From: Macrostomum hystrix
Lineage: Eukaryota; Animalia; Platyhelminthes
DNA: 64,000 nt
Reading direction: 5' to 3'
NCBI GenBank assembly: GCA_950097015.1
Contig: CATNEN010000038.1
Span: 5,952,001-6,016,000, forward strand
This document shows positions 1 to 11,171 of this stretch, piece after piece (within the stretch, counting starts at the first letter, position 1; each line of letters begins with the position of its first letter). Under the pieces are notes generated by a model. It was not told the DNA's origin, did not search any database, and saw only the letters and a program-made list of their open reading frames with translations. The position numbers and the translations under genes are program-made.

Positions 1-314
1 TTTGCTCAAAAACCACAAATTGAATGTATATTTGCTTGAAAAAAGTAGACAAAAATTACACACAGCTTAGGGAATTGGAAAAATGGATAAAAGGAGCGCC
101 TATCATTTTGACTGCAATGTGCCTTTAATTCATTCCACTCTATCTAAAAGAGCAAATCTGATTTAGAAAAAATATACAATAAATGTATATAAAAATTAAA
201 ATGATGTAAAAAAGGACACCAACAGCTAAAAATGCATCACAGAATTGTGGCACATATAGTGGCTAAATATGGCAACATTGAACTGTAAAACAAACAAGCA
301 ACTGTCTATGCAGG

Positions 315-520
315 GGGCGAGGGGGGTCAGCGGCTAATGTCACTGCCTCGCACTCCAAAGAACGCTAGTTTGATTCACCCTTCAGGTCACGATTAATTTC
401 GGTACTTGTTGGGGGGGTTTGGACAGTAGCGACCGGCGGAGCGGTGGGCCTAAGCAATTAAAGGCCTAAGTTGGCATAAGCCTAATGATAAAAATCCCCT
501 AGTACAGTTTCAAAAAAAAT
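315..520 (+). mobile_element. Possible degenerate tRNA-derived SINE
   Basis: GC-rich island in AT-rich DNA. A-box-like GGTCAGCGG, B-box-like GTTTGATTC, ends in an A-run. No TSD identified. Confidence 0.3.
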
Positions 521-704
521 AAGTATATTATGGTAGTGAACTTTCAGACAATGTCCTTTGTATCTAATATACATTCTATTAATAAAACTTGACTAGATCC
601 TATTATATTAATATTGTCTACTTTGTTAGAAGAAATCCACAATGGCACAATTACTTTTTAGGCCTTATAGGGGGCCTATTATATTTTTTGTTCTAAATCA
701 TATG

Positions 705-943
705 TGTGGTGACTGCGTTTCGCTATCAGTGCAGAGTAGGGGATTGAGGGTGTAATTTTTCTCTCTCTCTCTCTCGCAATGTACTCGCACATGTGCGTAC
801 TCTGGAGCGCGTGCACGCCCAGAGGTAGAGGCTGATTGGTCAGCCTGGTCAGGCTGAGAAATAAACTTATATTTATTTAGAGAGCTAGGCTTGGCCTGCT
901 CTGAAAGGCTTCTCTCTCTGCAAGCCACGCTGACTTTATTACA
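705..943 (+). repeat. 5' LTR of Gypsy element 1
   Basis: TGTGGTGAC...TTTATTACA, directly repeated at 4451-4685. Contains AATAAA and a reverse CCAAT box (GATTGG). Confidence 0.95.
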
Positions 944-961
944 GTGGCAACGAGGTAACTA

Positions 962-3900
962 ATGGCCACTGGCCTACTGTGTAGCATCGGTCCATTTGAG
1001 CCTGAAAATGAGGACTGGCTGCAGTACAAGGAAAGAGTGGAGCAAGTTTTCATTGCAAGCGACATAGAGTCCGAAGACAAAAAGCGAGCTGTCTTCCTCA
1101 GTGTCTGTGGCAAGGAGACATTCAAGCTGATTTGCAGCCTGCTGGCCCCGGAAAAGCCATCGGAGACGAGCTATGCAAACATTTGCCAAAAGCTAAAGGA
1201 GCACTGGAAGCTGGAGCCTTCTGAAATTGTGCAGCGTTTTCATTTCTATCAGCGCGTGAGGGCCAGCGCCGAGTCAGTGGCGGATTTCCTGGCCAGTTTG
1301 CGGCGTCTGGCCGCGGATTGCAAGTTCGGAAACAGCTTGCAGTCGATGCTCAGGGATCGGCTGGTGCTCGGCATCCAGGACGATCGGATCCAGCGCAGAC
1401 TGCTGTCGGAGCCGGGGCTGGATCTCGAGAAGGCGCTGAAGATTGCTCAAGCGGTGGAGCTGGCGGAAAAAGGCTGCACAGTCGTCAGGAGCTCACAGGA
1501 GGCGGCTGGCCCAGCGGCGGCTGCTTCAGTCGATCGAGTCGACCAGGCCAAGGCGACCGGATCCGGTCGAGCCCCACAGAAGTGCTTCCGGTGCTTGTCG
1601 ACTCGACATCTGGCGGACAGGTGCCCGTTCATCAAGAAGGGATGCTTCAAGTGCGGCAAGCTCGGGCACACCGCAGCTGCTTGCCGTAGAGGCGCCGGAG
1701 CTTCGGGTGCGGACTCCAAGCCCCGCGTGGGCGCCGTGCAAGAAGCAGAAGACCAGGACTGCAGCTCCCTTAACACCGTGCCCAGCGTTGCAGCAAAGGT
1801 GCCACCCTACTTGACCACGGTACGGATCAACGGCGTGTCCTGCCTGATGGAGATCGACACGGGCGCCGCGGTGTCGCTAATCTCAGCCAAAGTCTACCAG
1901 GATCTTCTCGGTGGTATCCCTAAGCTCGGTGGGACCACGATTCGGCTGCGGAACTACGGCGGCCAACCTGTCAACGTGCTGGGACAGTTGAGCGTCACTG
2001 TGGAAATTCCAGGAAAGGAACAGAAACTCCTGCCTCTGGTGGTGGTCTCAGGAAGCGGCTCCAGCTTAATCGGACGGAACTGGCTGTCTGAACTAACCTT
2101 GGACTGGAGAAGCATCAAGGAGCTGCGAGAGCGAGAACTGTCGGCTCAGGGCAATCAGCAGGTGGAGCAGCTGGTGCAAAAGTACAGCGCAGTATTTTCG
2201 GACGGACTCGGTTGCTACACAGGCGAACCACTGAAATTGCGGACGAAACCAAGTGCACAGCCCAAATTTTTCAAAGCTCGGACGGTGCCGTTCGCCTTGA
2301 AGTCCAAGGTGGAGGAGCAACTTGACCGGGAGATCGAGCAAGGCGTTCTGCAGCCTGTCTCTAACTCCGAGTACGCGTCTCCTATCGTGCCGGTGCTCAA
2401 GGCGGATGGATCCGTCAGAATCTGCGCAGATTTCAAGTGCACTGTGAACCAGGACGTTGTGCCGGACTCCTACCCGCTGCCCAGAATTGAAGAATTGTTC
2501 GCAAAGCTAACAGGGGGCCAGAAATTCACCAAGCTAGACCTCAGTCAGGCGTATCAGCAGCTGCCCCTGGACTCGGAATCACAGCGTCTGTGCACCATCA
2601 ACACCTCCAAGGGGTTGCTCAGATACACCAGGCTGCCGTTCGGCATCTCACCGGCAGTCGTTATGTTTCAGAGGACAATGGACGGGTTGCTTCAAGGAAG
2701 ACCGCAAACGGCAGCTTTTATCGACGATCTGCTGGTGACAGGAACTGATGACGCGAAGCACCTGGAGAACCTGGAAGCTGTTTTGCAGCGCCTACAAGAT
2801 GCTGGGCTGAAGTGCCGAGCTGACAAGTGCCGGTTCATGCAGGAGTCCGTGAGCTACCTGGGCCACCGAATCGACGCCGGCGGTCTCCACCCGCTGGAAA
2901 GCAAGGTCAGCGCGATCATCGAGGCGCCAGCTCCCCAGGACGTCACCCAACTCCGCAGCTTCCTGGGCCTCATAAATTATTATGGACGATTCCTGCCGAA
3001 CCTGTCCAGCATGCTCGCTCCGCTGCACCGCCTCTTGGACAAGGGCGCTGCCTGGCAATGGAACAGCCCGCAAGAGAGTGCGTTTCACCGCTGCAAGGAG
3101 CTCCTGCTGAGCTCCCAGACTCTAGTGCACTTCGACCCCGGGAAAGAGGTCATCCTGGAATGCGACAGCTCGCCCTACGGTCTCGGCGCGGTCATCTGCC
3201 ACCTGATAGATGGCGTGGAGCGGCCTATCGCGTTTGCGTCCCGCACTCTGGCCGATGCGGAGAAGAACTACTCCCAGACGGAGAAGGAGGCCTTGGCAGT
3301 TGTTTTCGGCATCAAGCAATTCCACACCTATCTGTACGGCCGGAACTTCCAGCTGAAGAGTGACCACAAGCCGCTTCTAGGGCTGCTTCACGAGAACAAA
3401 GCCATTCCGCCACTAGCATCGGCCAGGATTCAGCGCTGGGCTCTGCTGCTGTCCAGCTACTCCTATCGACTGCAGTACCGCAAGGGCGCCACCCTGCTGC
3501 GGGCGGATGCGCTGAGCCGGTTGCCGCTGGTCGTGGTGACGGACAACGGTCCCAACTTCGTGAGCCAGGAGATGGAGAGCTTCATGAGCAGCAACGGCAT
3601 CCGGCATGTCAAGGTGTCGCCTTATCATCCGGCGTCCAACGGCCTTGCAGAACGCGCGGTACAAACAGTGAAGGCGGCTCTGGTGAAGGGACGGCCGGCG
3701 GCTCTGCAGACTCGGCTCGCTAGGTTCCTGCTGACCTACCAGGTGACTCCGCACAGCACGACTGGCGTTCCGCCGAGCCAGCTGATGATGGGCCGGCCTC
3801 TGCGAACGCTGCTGGATCTGGTACGTCCGGACGTCTCGGCTGTTGTCACGCGGCGACAGGAAGCACAGAAGCTACAACACGACAGGCGCGCCAGATCGAG

Positions 3901-4288
3901 GTCCTTCGAGGAAGGCGACGACGTCGTAGTGCGGGATTTCACGGGTCAGCAGAAGTGGCTGCCGGCCAGCATCAGCCGTCAAACGGCGCCTTTGTCCTAC
4001 GAGTGCCGGCTGCCTGATGATCGCATTGTACGCCGCCACGCCGACCATGTAGCCTCTGCAGGCATCGAACCGCGGACCTCAGGAAGCACAGAACAGCCAA
4101 TAAATGACAACCTGCGCTACGAATCGGCTGAGGCAGAGGTTCCGCCGCTACTGCCGCCCCCGCCGCCGCCGCCCGCACAGCCACCGACCGCGCCGCCGCC
4201 GCCCATGCAGCCGCCGCTTCCTCCAACTCCACAGGCGCGGCGTTCACAGAGGAGCCGAAAATGCCCGGACAGGTTGATGTACAACTGA
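962..4288 (+). CDS. Gag-Pol polyprotein (Gag, two CCHC knuckles, aspartic protease, RT, RNase H, truncated integrase)
   Basis: 1108-aa ORF. Knuckles CFRC..H....C and CFKC..GH....C; protease IDTGAAVS; RT LDLSQAYQQ, RLPFG, FIDD; RNase H CDSS, EKEALA, SDHKPL, ADALSR; integrase TDNG, PYHPASNGLAER, TPHSTTG; Pro-rich tail. Confidence 0.95.
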   Translation: MATGLLCSIGPFEPENEDWLQYKERVEQVFIASDIESEDKKRAVFLSVCGKETFKLICSLLAPEKPSETSYANICQKLKEHWKLEPSEIVQRFHFYQRVRASAESVADFLASLRRLAADCKFGNSLQSMLRDRLVLGIQDDRIQRRLLSEPGLDLEKALKIAQAVELAEKGCTVVRSSQEAAGPAAAASVDRVDQAKATGSGRAPQKCFRCLSTRHLADRCPFIKKGCFKCGKLGHTAAACRRGAGASGADSKPRVGAVQEAEDQDCSSLNTVPSVAAKVPPYLTTVRINGVSCLMEIDTGAAVSLISAKVYQDLLGGIPKLGGTTIRLRNYGGQPVNVLGQLSVTVEIPGKEQKLLPLVVVSGSGSSLIGRNWLSELTLDWRSIKELRERELSAQGNQQVEQLVQKYSAVFSDGLGCYTGEPLKLRTKPSAQPKFFKARTVPFALKSKVEEQLDREIEQGVLQPVSNSEYASPIVPVLKADGSVRICADFKCTVNQDVVPDSYPLPRIEELFAKLTGGQKFTKLDLSQAYQQLPLDSESQRLCTINTSKGLLRYTRLPFGISPAVVMFQRTMDGLLQGRPQTAAFIDDLLVTGTDDAKHLENLEAVLQRLQDAGLKCRADKCRFMQESVSYLGHRIDAGGLHPLESKVSAIIEAPAPQDVTQLRSFLGLINYYGRFLPNLSSMLAPLHRLLDKGAAWQWNSPQESAFHRCKELLLSSQTLVHFDPGKEVILECDSSPYGLGAVICHLIDGVERPIAFASRTLADAEKNYSQTEKEALAVVFGIKQFHTYLYGRNFQLKSDHKPLLGLLHENKAIPPLASARIQRWALLLSSYSYRLQYRKGATLLRADALSRLPLVVVTDNGPNFVSQEMESFMSSNGIRHVKVSPYHPASNGLAERAVQTVKAALVKGRPAALQTRLARFLLTYQVTPHSTTGVPPSQLMMGRPLRTLLDLVRPDVSAVVTRRQEAQKLQHDRRARSRSFEEGDDVVVRDFTGQQKWLPASISRQTAPLSYECRLPDDRIVRRHADHVASAGIEPRTSGSTEQPINDNLRYESAEAEVPPLLPPPPPPPAQPPTAPPPPMQPPLPPTPQARRSQRSRKCPDRLMYN

Positions 4289-4450
4289 ATGTGTTTTTTT
4301 TGTTTTTTTCTTGACAGACTTTTTTTACAGCTTTCGCGTGGTGTTTGCTCCTTCGATTTTTTTTGTTATTGTTGTCGTGGTGCTGGGAAGCATTTTCTTA
4401 TCTTTTTTTTGTTCCTTTTTTTGCTTCTTTTTCGTCTACGTGTGGAGGGA

Positions 4451-4685
4451 TGTGGTGACTGCGTTTCGCTATCAGTGCAGAGTAGGGGATTGAGGGTGTT
4501 ATTTTTCTCTCTCTCTCGCAATGTACTCGCGCATGTGCGTACTCTGGAGCGCGTGCACGCCCAGAGGTAGCGGCTGATTGGTCAGCCTGGTCAGGCTGAG
4601 AAATAAACTTATATTTATTTAGAGAGCTAGGCTTGGCCTGCTCTGAAAGGCTTCTCTCTCTGCAAGCCACGCTGACTTTATTACA
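4451..4685 (+). repeat. 3' LTR of Gypsy element 1
   Basis: Near-identical to 705-943 and followed by the TSD ATATG. Confidence 0.95.
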
Positions 4686-5148
4686 ATATGGTCCCTACAT
4701 GAAAAATATTTAATATATGATTCTAATTGGTCTGTTAATTGGCTCTTGATTGATTCTTAAATATTTGTGAAACTTAAAAAATGGTTATGGACAATATTAG
4801 TGTATCTGATTCTAGGCCTCTTCAAAAGCAGGCATAAAGTAGTTCTAAATTTGTAAATGACAATTCAGCATTGTTTCTGCTTTATTCTTCACAATGTTGG
4901 CCATGATAATATGTGATCATTGCATTTGGGTCTCCCTATTGGCTGAGTACAAAATCAGTAGACAAAAATGACTATCCTTTTTATATGCATTATGTTTAAA
5001 AATGATTGGACAAATTTGCTTAACTGGTTGTTTTAAAAATTGCACTTAGTTATTACAACTTATTTTGTTCCTTACAGTAGATATCAAAAGTATATGGCTC
5101 TTTTCTAGCTATTTAAGGAGATTTTTCTTTTTCAAAGCAGTTATTGTA

Positions 5149-5791
5149 GGGTAATGTATCATCAACCGAACAGTGTATCTTCAAAACCGAACAAGAATTT
5201 TGACTTCTTCCTTGGTCTTATGCAAGACAGAAACAAGCTATTGTGTTTCACAGAACAACTAATTTGAAAGTTGAAGAAATTATCTACAAGCTGAGGCATG
5301 ATGTGCAATGAAGCATTAAGAGGAAAGAAAGATATTGATGTTTCAGTAGAAATTTTTATTGCAAAAGCATACTTTTTAACAACATTTTTTCAGTATGTAC
5401 TTTAGACTAAGATTGTATGTGGTTGCTTGCCAATTAAATGACCATAAATGTAGTTATTTATAGAGCATGAAAAATGCCTTCAAATGACATAATTCATGAT
5501 AGTTAACTCCTTAAAATAAGATTAAACCACTCACTCAAATTTTAAAACCAAACATCAAATTCTCTGTTTGGTTTGAAGATACATGAAAATCATTGTTCGG
5601 TTTTAGAAAAAAAAGCAGGAATAACTTTTTTCTATTTGATAAAATAGCAAAAGCAGATACTTTTTAGAAAGATGTAACTGTTTTCTATAACTTGGCTTTT
5701 GATTTATCATCATATCTTAAATAGAAAATCTGTAGCTTAGGTTTGAAGTTAAAAAAATACACATTCTTGTTTGGTTGATGATACATTACCC
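5149..5791. mobile_element. Non-autonomous DNA transposon (MITE) with TA target duplication, Tc1/mariner/pogo-type
   Basis: 24-bp TIRs with 1 mismatch: GGGTAATGTATCATCAACCGAACA at 5149 and TGTTTGGTTGATGATACATTACCC ending at 5791. TA on both sides. Internal copies of the TIR motif near 5175 and 5565. No ORF. Confidence 0.85.
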
Positions 5792-7111
5792 TAATAATTT
5801 CTAATCTTCAATTAGATATATTAAAAAAAGAAAAATACATAATTAAGCATAGGAATTCTAGGCTAGCCAAAATGCTTGACCCATAAAAAAAGAAATCAGA
5901 TTTGTGAAATATAAAATATTATGTTGTAATAACTATTTTCAATAGGGCTTTTACACATACCACCAGATAGGCTAACTAGCTGCCTAAATAAATAATAATT
6001 TCAATGTGTATACTTTATATCTATTTCCATAGACATATTTTTGAAACCCAGTGAATTGAATTATTGAAATTAGGTAATAACTCAAATATCTTTAACAGCC
6101 TATCCATTCTTTTGTAGAGTCTCCTTTCTATATCCACCCTATCCCATAGAATTCCCTCCTATTTAGGCCTAGTCTAAAAAAATTACTCCTAAGTTCTCAG
6201 AATCACAATTCAGAAACCAACATTCTCTTGACTTACTTGACTTAGCAGTAGGTTATAGGGACCTTCAGTGGTATGTGGGAAATGAATTTATCTAAATGAG
6301 AAGGCAATTAGTATAATTCAGATTTAAATCAGGTAGCCCCTTTAGCCTGTTGGATCCTGTTATGATAAGACATGATACACAGAAAGTGTTGCTTGACTAT
6401 ATGAGGCACTTTTATAGTAAATAAGTATTACAAATTGTGATTCCATGGTTGTTATTATATTTTTCCAGCCTTTTAAGAGTAGTTGTAGTTGTGCCAAGTG
6501 CTATTTTTTGGTAATCTAATGGTAATCATCTAATATACTAAAAATGAAATGCTTGGTTGGTTGCTTGTAATTGATTTTCTCCCGAACGGCTCAACCGATT
6601 TTCACCATTTCTTCACCAAAAGATGCCAAATATAGGGACAATTATACACGTATTTTTATTAAGCTTAACTTTATTGCTAAAGGGATTAAATATTCGAAAA
6701 ACATGATTTTTCAAAGGTCAAACCATCTTGGCCTATTGAGAATTTTACTCACTGCCGCTGAATTGGAATTGCATCGTCAAATTGCGCAACACCCCCTCGC
6801 TGACTGAGTTAGAAGCCTGCACTCTGGAGACAAATTTGAAATAAATGTACACAACCAACCGCGAGACTGAGTGTACTCTATTTTCTTACTTCATTGTACA
6901 AAGCCAGAACTTTGAGAATTAATTTTATAAGGCTGATTTTTGCACCCACTAACCAACAGTCGGAATAGCCGATGTGTAGGCACTAGGAATAGGTTATAGG
7001 CTAGGCTAGGGTTCGATTCTGCACTGCGTCAAATCATTTAGACTAATTTTCAGCCAGTAGTGATTGAAGATTATTTTGATTTTTTTTTCATTTCGTAAAT
7101 AAAATATCATA

Positions 7112-9520
7112 AATCATAGCAAACCTGAGTTTGAATCATGGCAAAAATAGAGCTTGAATCATGGCTAAACCAGCGTCTGAATCATGGCTAAACCAGAGCT
7201 TGAATCATGGCTAAACCAGAGTCTGAATCATGGCTAAACTGGAGTCTGAATCATGGCTAAACCAGGGTCTGAATCATGGCTAAACCAGAGTTTGAATCAT
7301 GGCTAATTCAGGGTCTGAATCATGGCTAAACCAGAGTTTGAATCATGGCTAAACCAGAGTTTGAATCATGGCTAAACCAGAGTCTGAATCATGGCTAAAC
7401 CAGAGTTTGAATCATGGCTAAACCAGAGTTTGAATCATGGCTAACCCAGACTTTGAATCATGGCTAAACCAGAGTCTGAATCATGGCTAAACCAGCGTCT
7501 GAATCATGGCTAAACCAGAGTTTGAATCATGGCTAAACCAGAGTCTGAATCATGGCTAAACCAGAGTTTGAATCATGGCTAAACCAGATTTTGAATCATG
7601 GCTAACCCAGAGTTTGAATCATGGCTAAACCAGAGTCTGAATCTGAATCATGGCTAAACCAGCGTCTGAATCATGGCTAAACCAGAGTCTGAATCATGGC
7701 TAAACCAGAGTTTGAATCATGGCTAAACCAGGGTCTGAATCATGGCTAAAACAGAGTTTAAATCATGGCTAAACCAGAGTCTGAATCATGGCTAAACCAG
7801 AGTTTGAATCATGGCTAAACCAGGGTCTGAATCATGGCTAAACCAGAGTCTGAATCATGGCTAAACCAGGGTCTGAATCATGGCTAAACCAGAGTTTGCA
7901 TCATGGCTAAACCAGAGTCTGAATCATGGCTAAACCAGAGTCTGAATCATGGCTAAACCAGAGTTTGAATCATGGCTAAACCAGAGTCTGAATCATGGCT
8001 AAACCAGAGTCTGAATCATGGCAAAAATAGAGCTTGAATCATGGCTAAACCAGCGTCTGAATCATGGCTAAACCAGAGCTTGAATCATGGCTAAACCAGA
8101 GTTTGAATCATGGCTAAACCAGAGTCTGAATCATGGCTAAACCAGAGTCTGAATCATGGCTAAACCAGAGTCTGAATCATGGCAAAACCAGAGTCTGAAT
8201 CATGGCTAAACCAGAGTTTGAATCATGGCTAAACCAGGGTCTGAATCATGGCTAAACCAGAGTCTGAATCATGGCTAAACCAGAGTCTGAATCATGGCTA
8301 AACCAGAGTCTGAATCATGGCAAAACCAGAGTCTGAATCATGGCTAAAACAGAGTTTAAATCATAGCTAAACCAGCGTCTGAATCATGGCTAAACCAGAG
8401 TTTGAATCATGGCTAAACCAGAGTTAAAATCATGGCTAAACCAGAGTTTGCATCATGGCTAAACCAGAGTCTGAATCATGGCTAAACCAGAGTCTGAATC
8501 ATGGCTAAACCAGCGTCTGAATCATGGCTAAAACAGAGTTTAAATCATGGCTAAACCAGAGTCTGAATCATGGCTAAACCAGAGTTTGAATCATGGCTAA
8601 ACCAGGGTCTGAATCATGGCTAAACCAGAGTCTGAATCATGGCTAAACCAGGGTCTGAATCATGGCTAAACCAGAGTTTGCATCATGGCTAAACCAGAGT
8701 CTGAATCATGGCTAAACCAGAGTCTGAATCATGGCTAAACCAGAGTTTGAATCATGGCTAAACCAGAGTCTGAATCATGGCTAAACCAGAGTCTGAATCA
8801 TGGCAAAAATAGAGCTTGAATCATGGCTAAACCAGCGTCTGAATCATGGCTAAACCAGAGCTTGAATCATGGCTAAACCAGAGTTTGAATCATGGCTAAA
8901 CCAGAGTCTGAATCATGGCTAAACCAGAGTCTGAATCATGGCTAAACCAGAGTCTGAATCATGGCAAAACCAGAGTCTGAATCATGGCTAAACCAGAGTT
9001 TGAATCATGGCTAAACCAGGGTCTGAATCATGGCTAAAACAGAGTTTAAATCATGGCTAAACCAGAGTCTGAATCATGGCTAAACCAGAGTTTGAATCAT
9101 GGCTAAACCAGGGTCTGAATCATGGCTAAACCAGAGTCTGAATCATGGCTAAACCAGAGTCTGAATCATGGCTAAACCAGAGTCTGAATCATGGCAAAAC
9201 CAGAGTCTGAATCATGGCTAAAACAGAGTTTAAATCATAGCTAAACCAGCGTCTGAATCATGGCTAAACCAGAGTTTGAATCATGGCTAAACCAGAGTTA
9301 AAATCATGGCTAAACCAGAGTTTGCATCATGGCTAAACCAGAGTCTGAATCATGGCTAAACCAGAGTCTGAATCATGGCTAAACCAGCGTCTGAATCATG
9401 GCTAAACCATAGTATGAATCATGGCTAAACCAGAGTCTGAATCATGGCTAAACCAGAGTCTGAATCATGGCTAAACCAGAGTCTGAATCATGGCTAAACC
9501 AGCGTTTGAATCATGGCAAA
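7112..9520. repeat. Minisatellite, 23-bp unit GAATCATGGCTAAACCAGAGTYT, about 104 copies, with higher-order structure
   Basis: Periodicity read directly. The variant GCAAAAATAGAGCTT recurs at 7141, 8021 and 8803. Confidence 0.97.
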
Positions 9521-9713
9521 ATTTTTCTTTTGTCATTGAATTGAATTTTGAGTTTGTTATCTCATAACGTCATAATGATATATATTTGTATGATAAATAT
9601 TTTGCCTAATAATCATTTCATTGTTGTTCTTCTCAATTTTCTACAAAAGAAGCTGGGCAACTGGGCAACATTGTCAACTGGGCATCATCATCAATAAGGA
9701 GTCCTCATCAAAT

Positions 9714-11171
9714 GGGGGATCATTGTCAACTGGGGGATCATTGTCAACTGGGGGATCATTGTCAACTGGGTGATCATTGTCAACTGGGGGATCATTGTCA
9801 ACTGGGGATCATTGTCAACTGGGGGATCATTGTCAACTGTGAGATCATTGTCAACTGGGGGATCATTGTCAACTGGGGGATCATTGTCAACTGGGGGATC
9901 ATTGTCAACTGGGGGATCATCATCAACTGTGGGATCATTGTAAACTGGGGGATCATTGTCAACTGTGGGATCATTGTCAACTGGGGGATCATTGTCAACA
10001 AGGGGATCATTGTGAACTGGGGGATCATTGTCAACTGGGGATCATTGTCAACTGGGGGAACATTGTCAACTGGGGGATCATTGTCAACTGGGGGATCATT
10101 GTCAACTGGGTGATCATTGTCAACTGGGGGATCATTGTCAACTGAGGGATCATTGTCAACTGGGGTATCATTATCAACTGGGGGATCATTGTCAACTTGG
10201 GAATGATTGTCAAATGGGTGTTCATTGTCAACTGGGGGATCATTATCAACTGGGGGATCATTGTCAACTTGGGAATGATTGTCAAATGGGTGTTCATTGT
10301 CAACTGGGGGATCATTGTCAACTGGGAGATCATTGTCAACTGGGGGATCATTGTCAACTGGGGGATCATTGTCAACTGGGGTATCATTATCAACTGGGGG
10401 ATCATTGTCAACTTGGGAATGATTGTCAACTGGGGGATCATTGTCAACTGGGGGGATCATTGTCAACTGGGGGATCATTGTCAACTGGGTGATCATTGTC
10501 AACTTGGGGATCATTGTCATCTGAGGGATCATTGTCAACTGGGGTATCATTATCAACTGGGGATCATTGTCAACTGGGGGATCATTGTCAACTGGGGGAT
10601 CATTGTCAACTGGGGGATCATTGTCAACTGGGTGATCATTGTCAACTGGGGGATCATTGTCAACTGGGGGATCATGGTCAACTTGGGGATCATTGTCAAC
10701 TGTGAGATCATTGTCAACTGGGTGATCATTGTCAACTGGGGGATCATTGTCAACTGGGGGATCATTGTAAACTGGGGGATCATTGTCAACTGTGAGATCA
10801 TTGTCAACTGGGGGATCATTGTCAACTGGGGGATCATTGTCAACTGGGGGATCATTGTCAACTGGGGGATCATCATCAACTGGGGGATCATTGTCAACTG
10901 TGGGATCATTGTCATCTGGGGGATCATTGTCAACAAGGGGATCATTGTGAACTGGGGGATCATTGTCAACTGGGGATCATTGTCAACTGGGGGTTCATTG
11001 TCAACTGGGGGATCATTGTCAACTGGGGGATCATCATCAACTGGGGGATCATTGTCAACTGGGGATCATTGTCAACTGGGGGTTCATTGTCAACTGGGGG
11101 ATCATTGTCAACTGGGGGATCATCATCAACTGGGGGATCATTGTCAACTGGGGGATCATTGTCAACTGGGG
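9714..11171. repeat. Minisatellite, 18-bp unit GGGGGATCATTGTCAACT, about 80 copies
   Basis: Periodicity read directly. The G-run varies from 4 to 7, which frameshifts the overlapping ORFs. Confidence 0.97.

Larger units (their letters stand above)
705..4685 (+). mobile_element. Ty3/Gypsy (Mag-like) LTR retrotransposon with both LTRs and an internally deleted integrase
   Basis: LTRs at 705-943 and 4451-4685 (TG...CA), differing by 3 substitutions and a 4-bp (CT)n change. 5-bp TSD ATATG at 700-704 and 4686-4690. PBS TGGCAACGAGG at 945 (tRNA-Ser(GCU)-like). Purine tract GGAGGGA precedes the 3' LTR. Confidence 0.97.

Noticed and set aside
1318-4247. Alternative-frame and antisense ORFs over GC-rich TE coding regions (also at 14-15.7, 19-22 and 26-31 kb)
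   Set aside because: They are shadow ORFs caused by high GC and codon bias.
7112-9520. CRISPR-like appearance of the 20-35-bp repeat arrays
   Set aside because: Units are head-to-tail with no unique spacers, there are no cas genes, and the context is eukaryotic.
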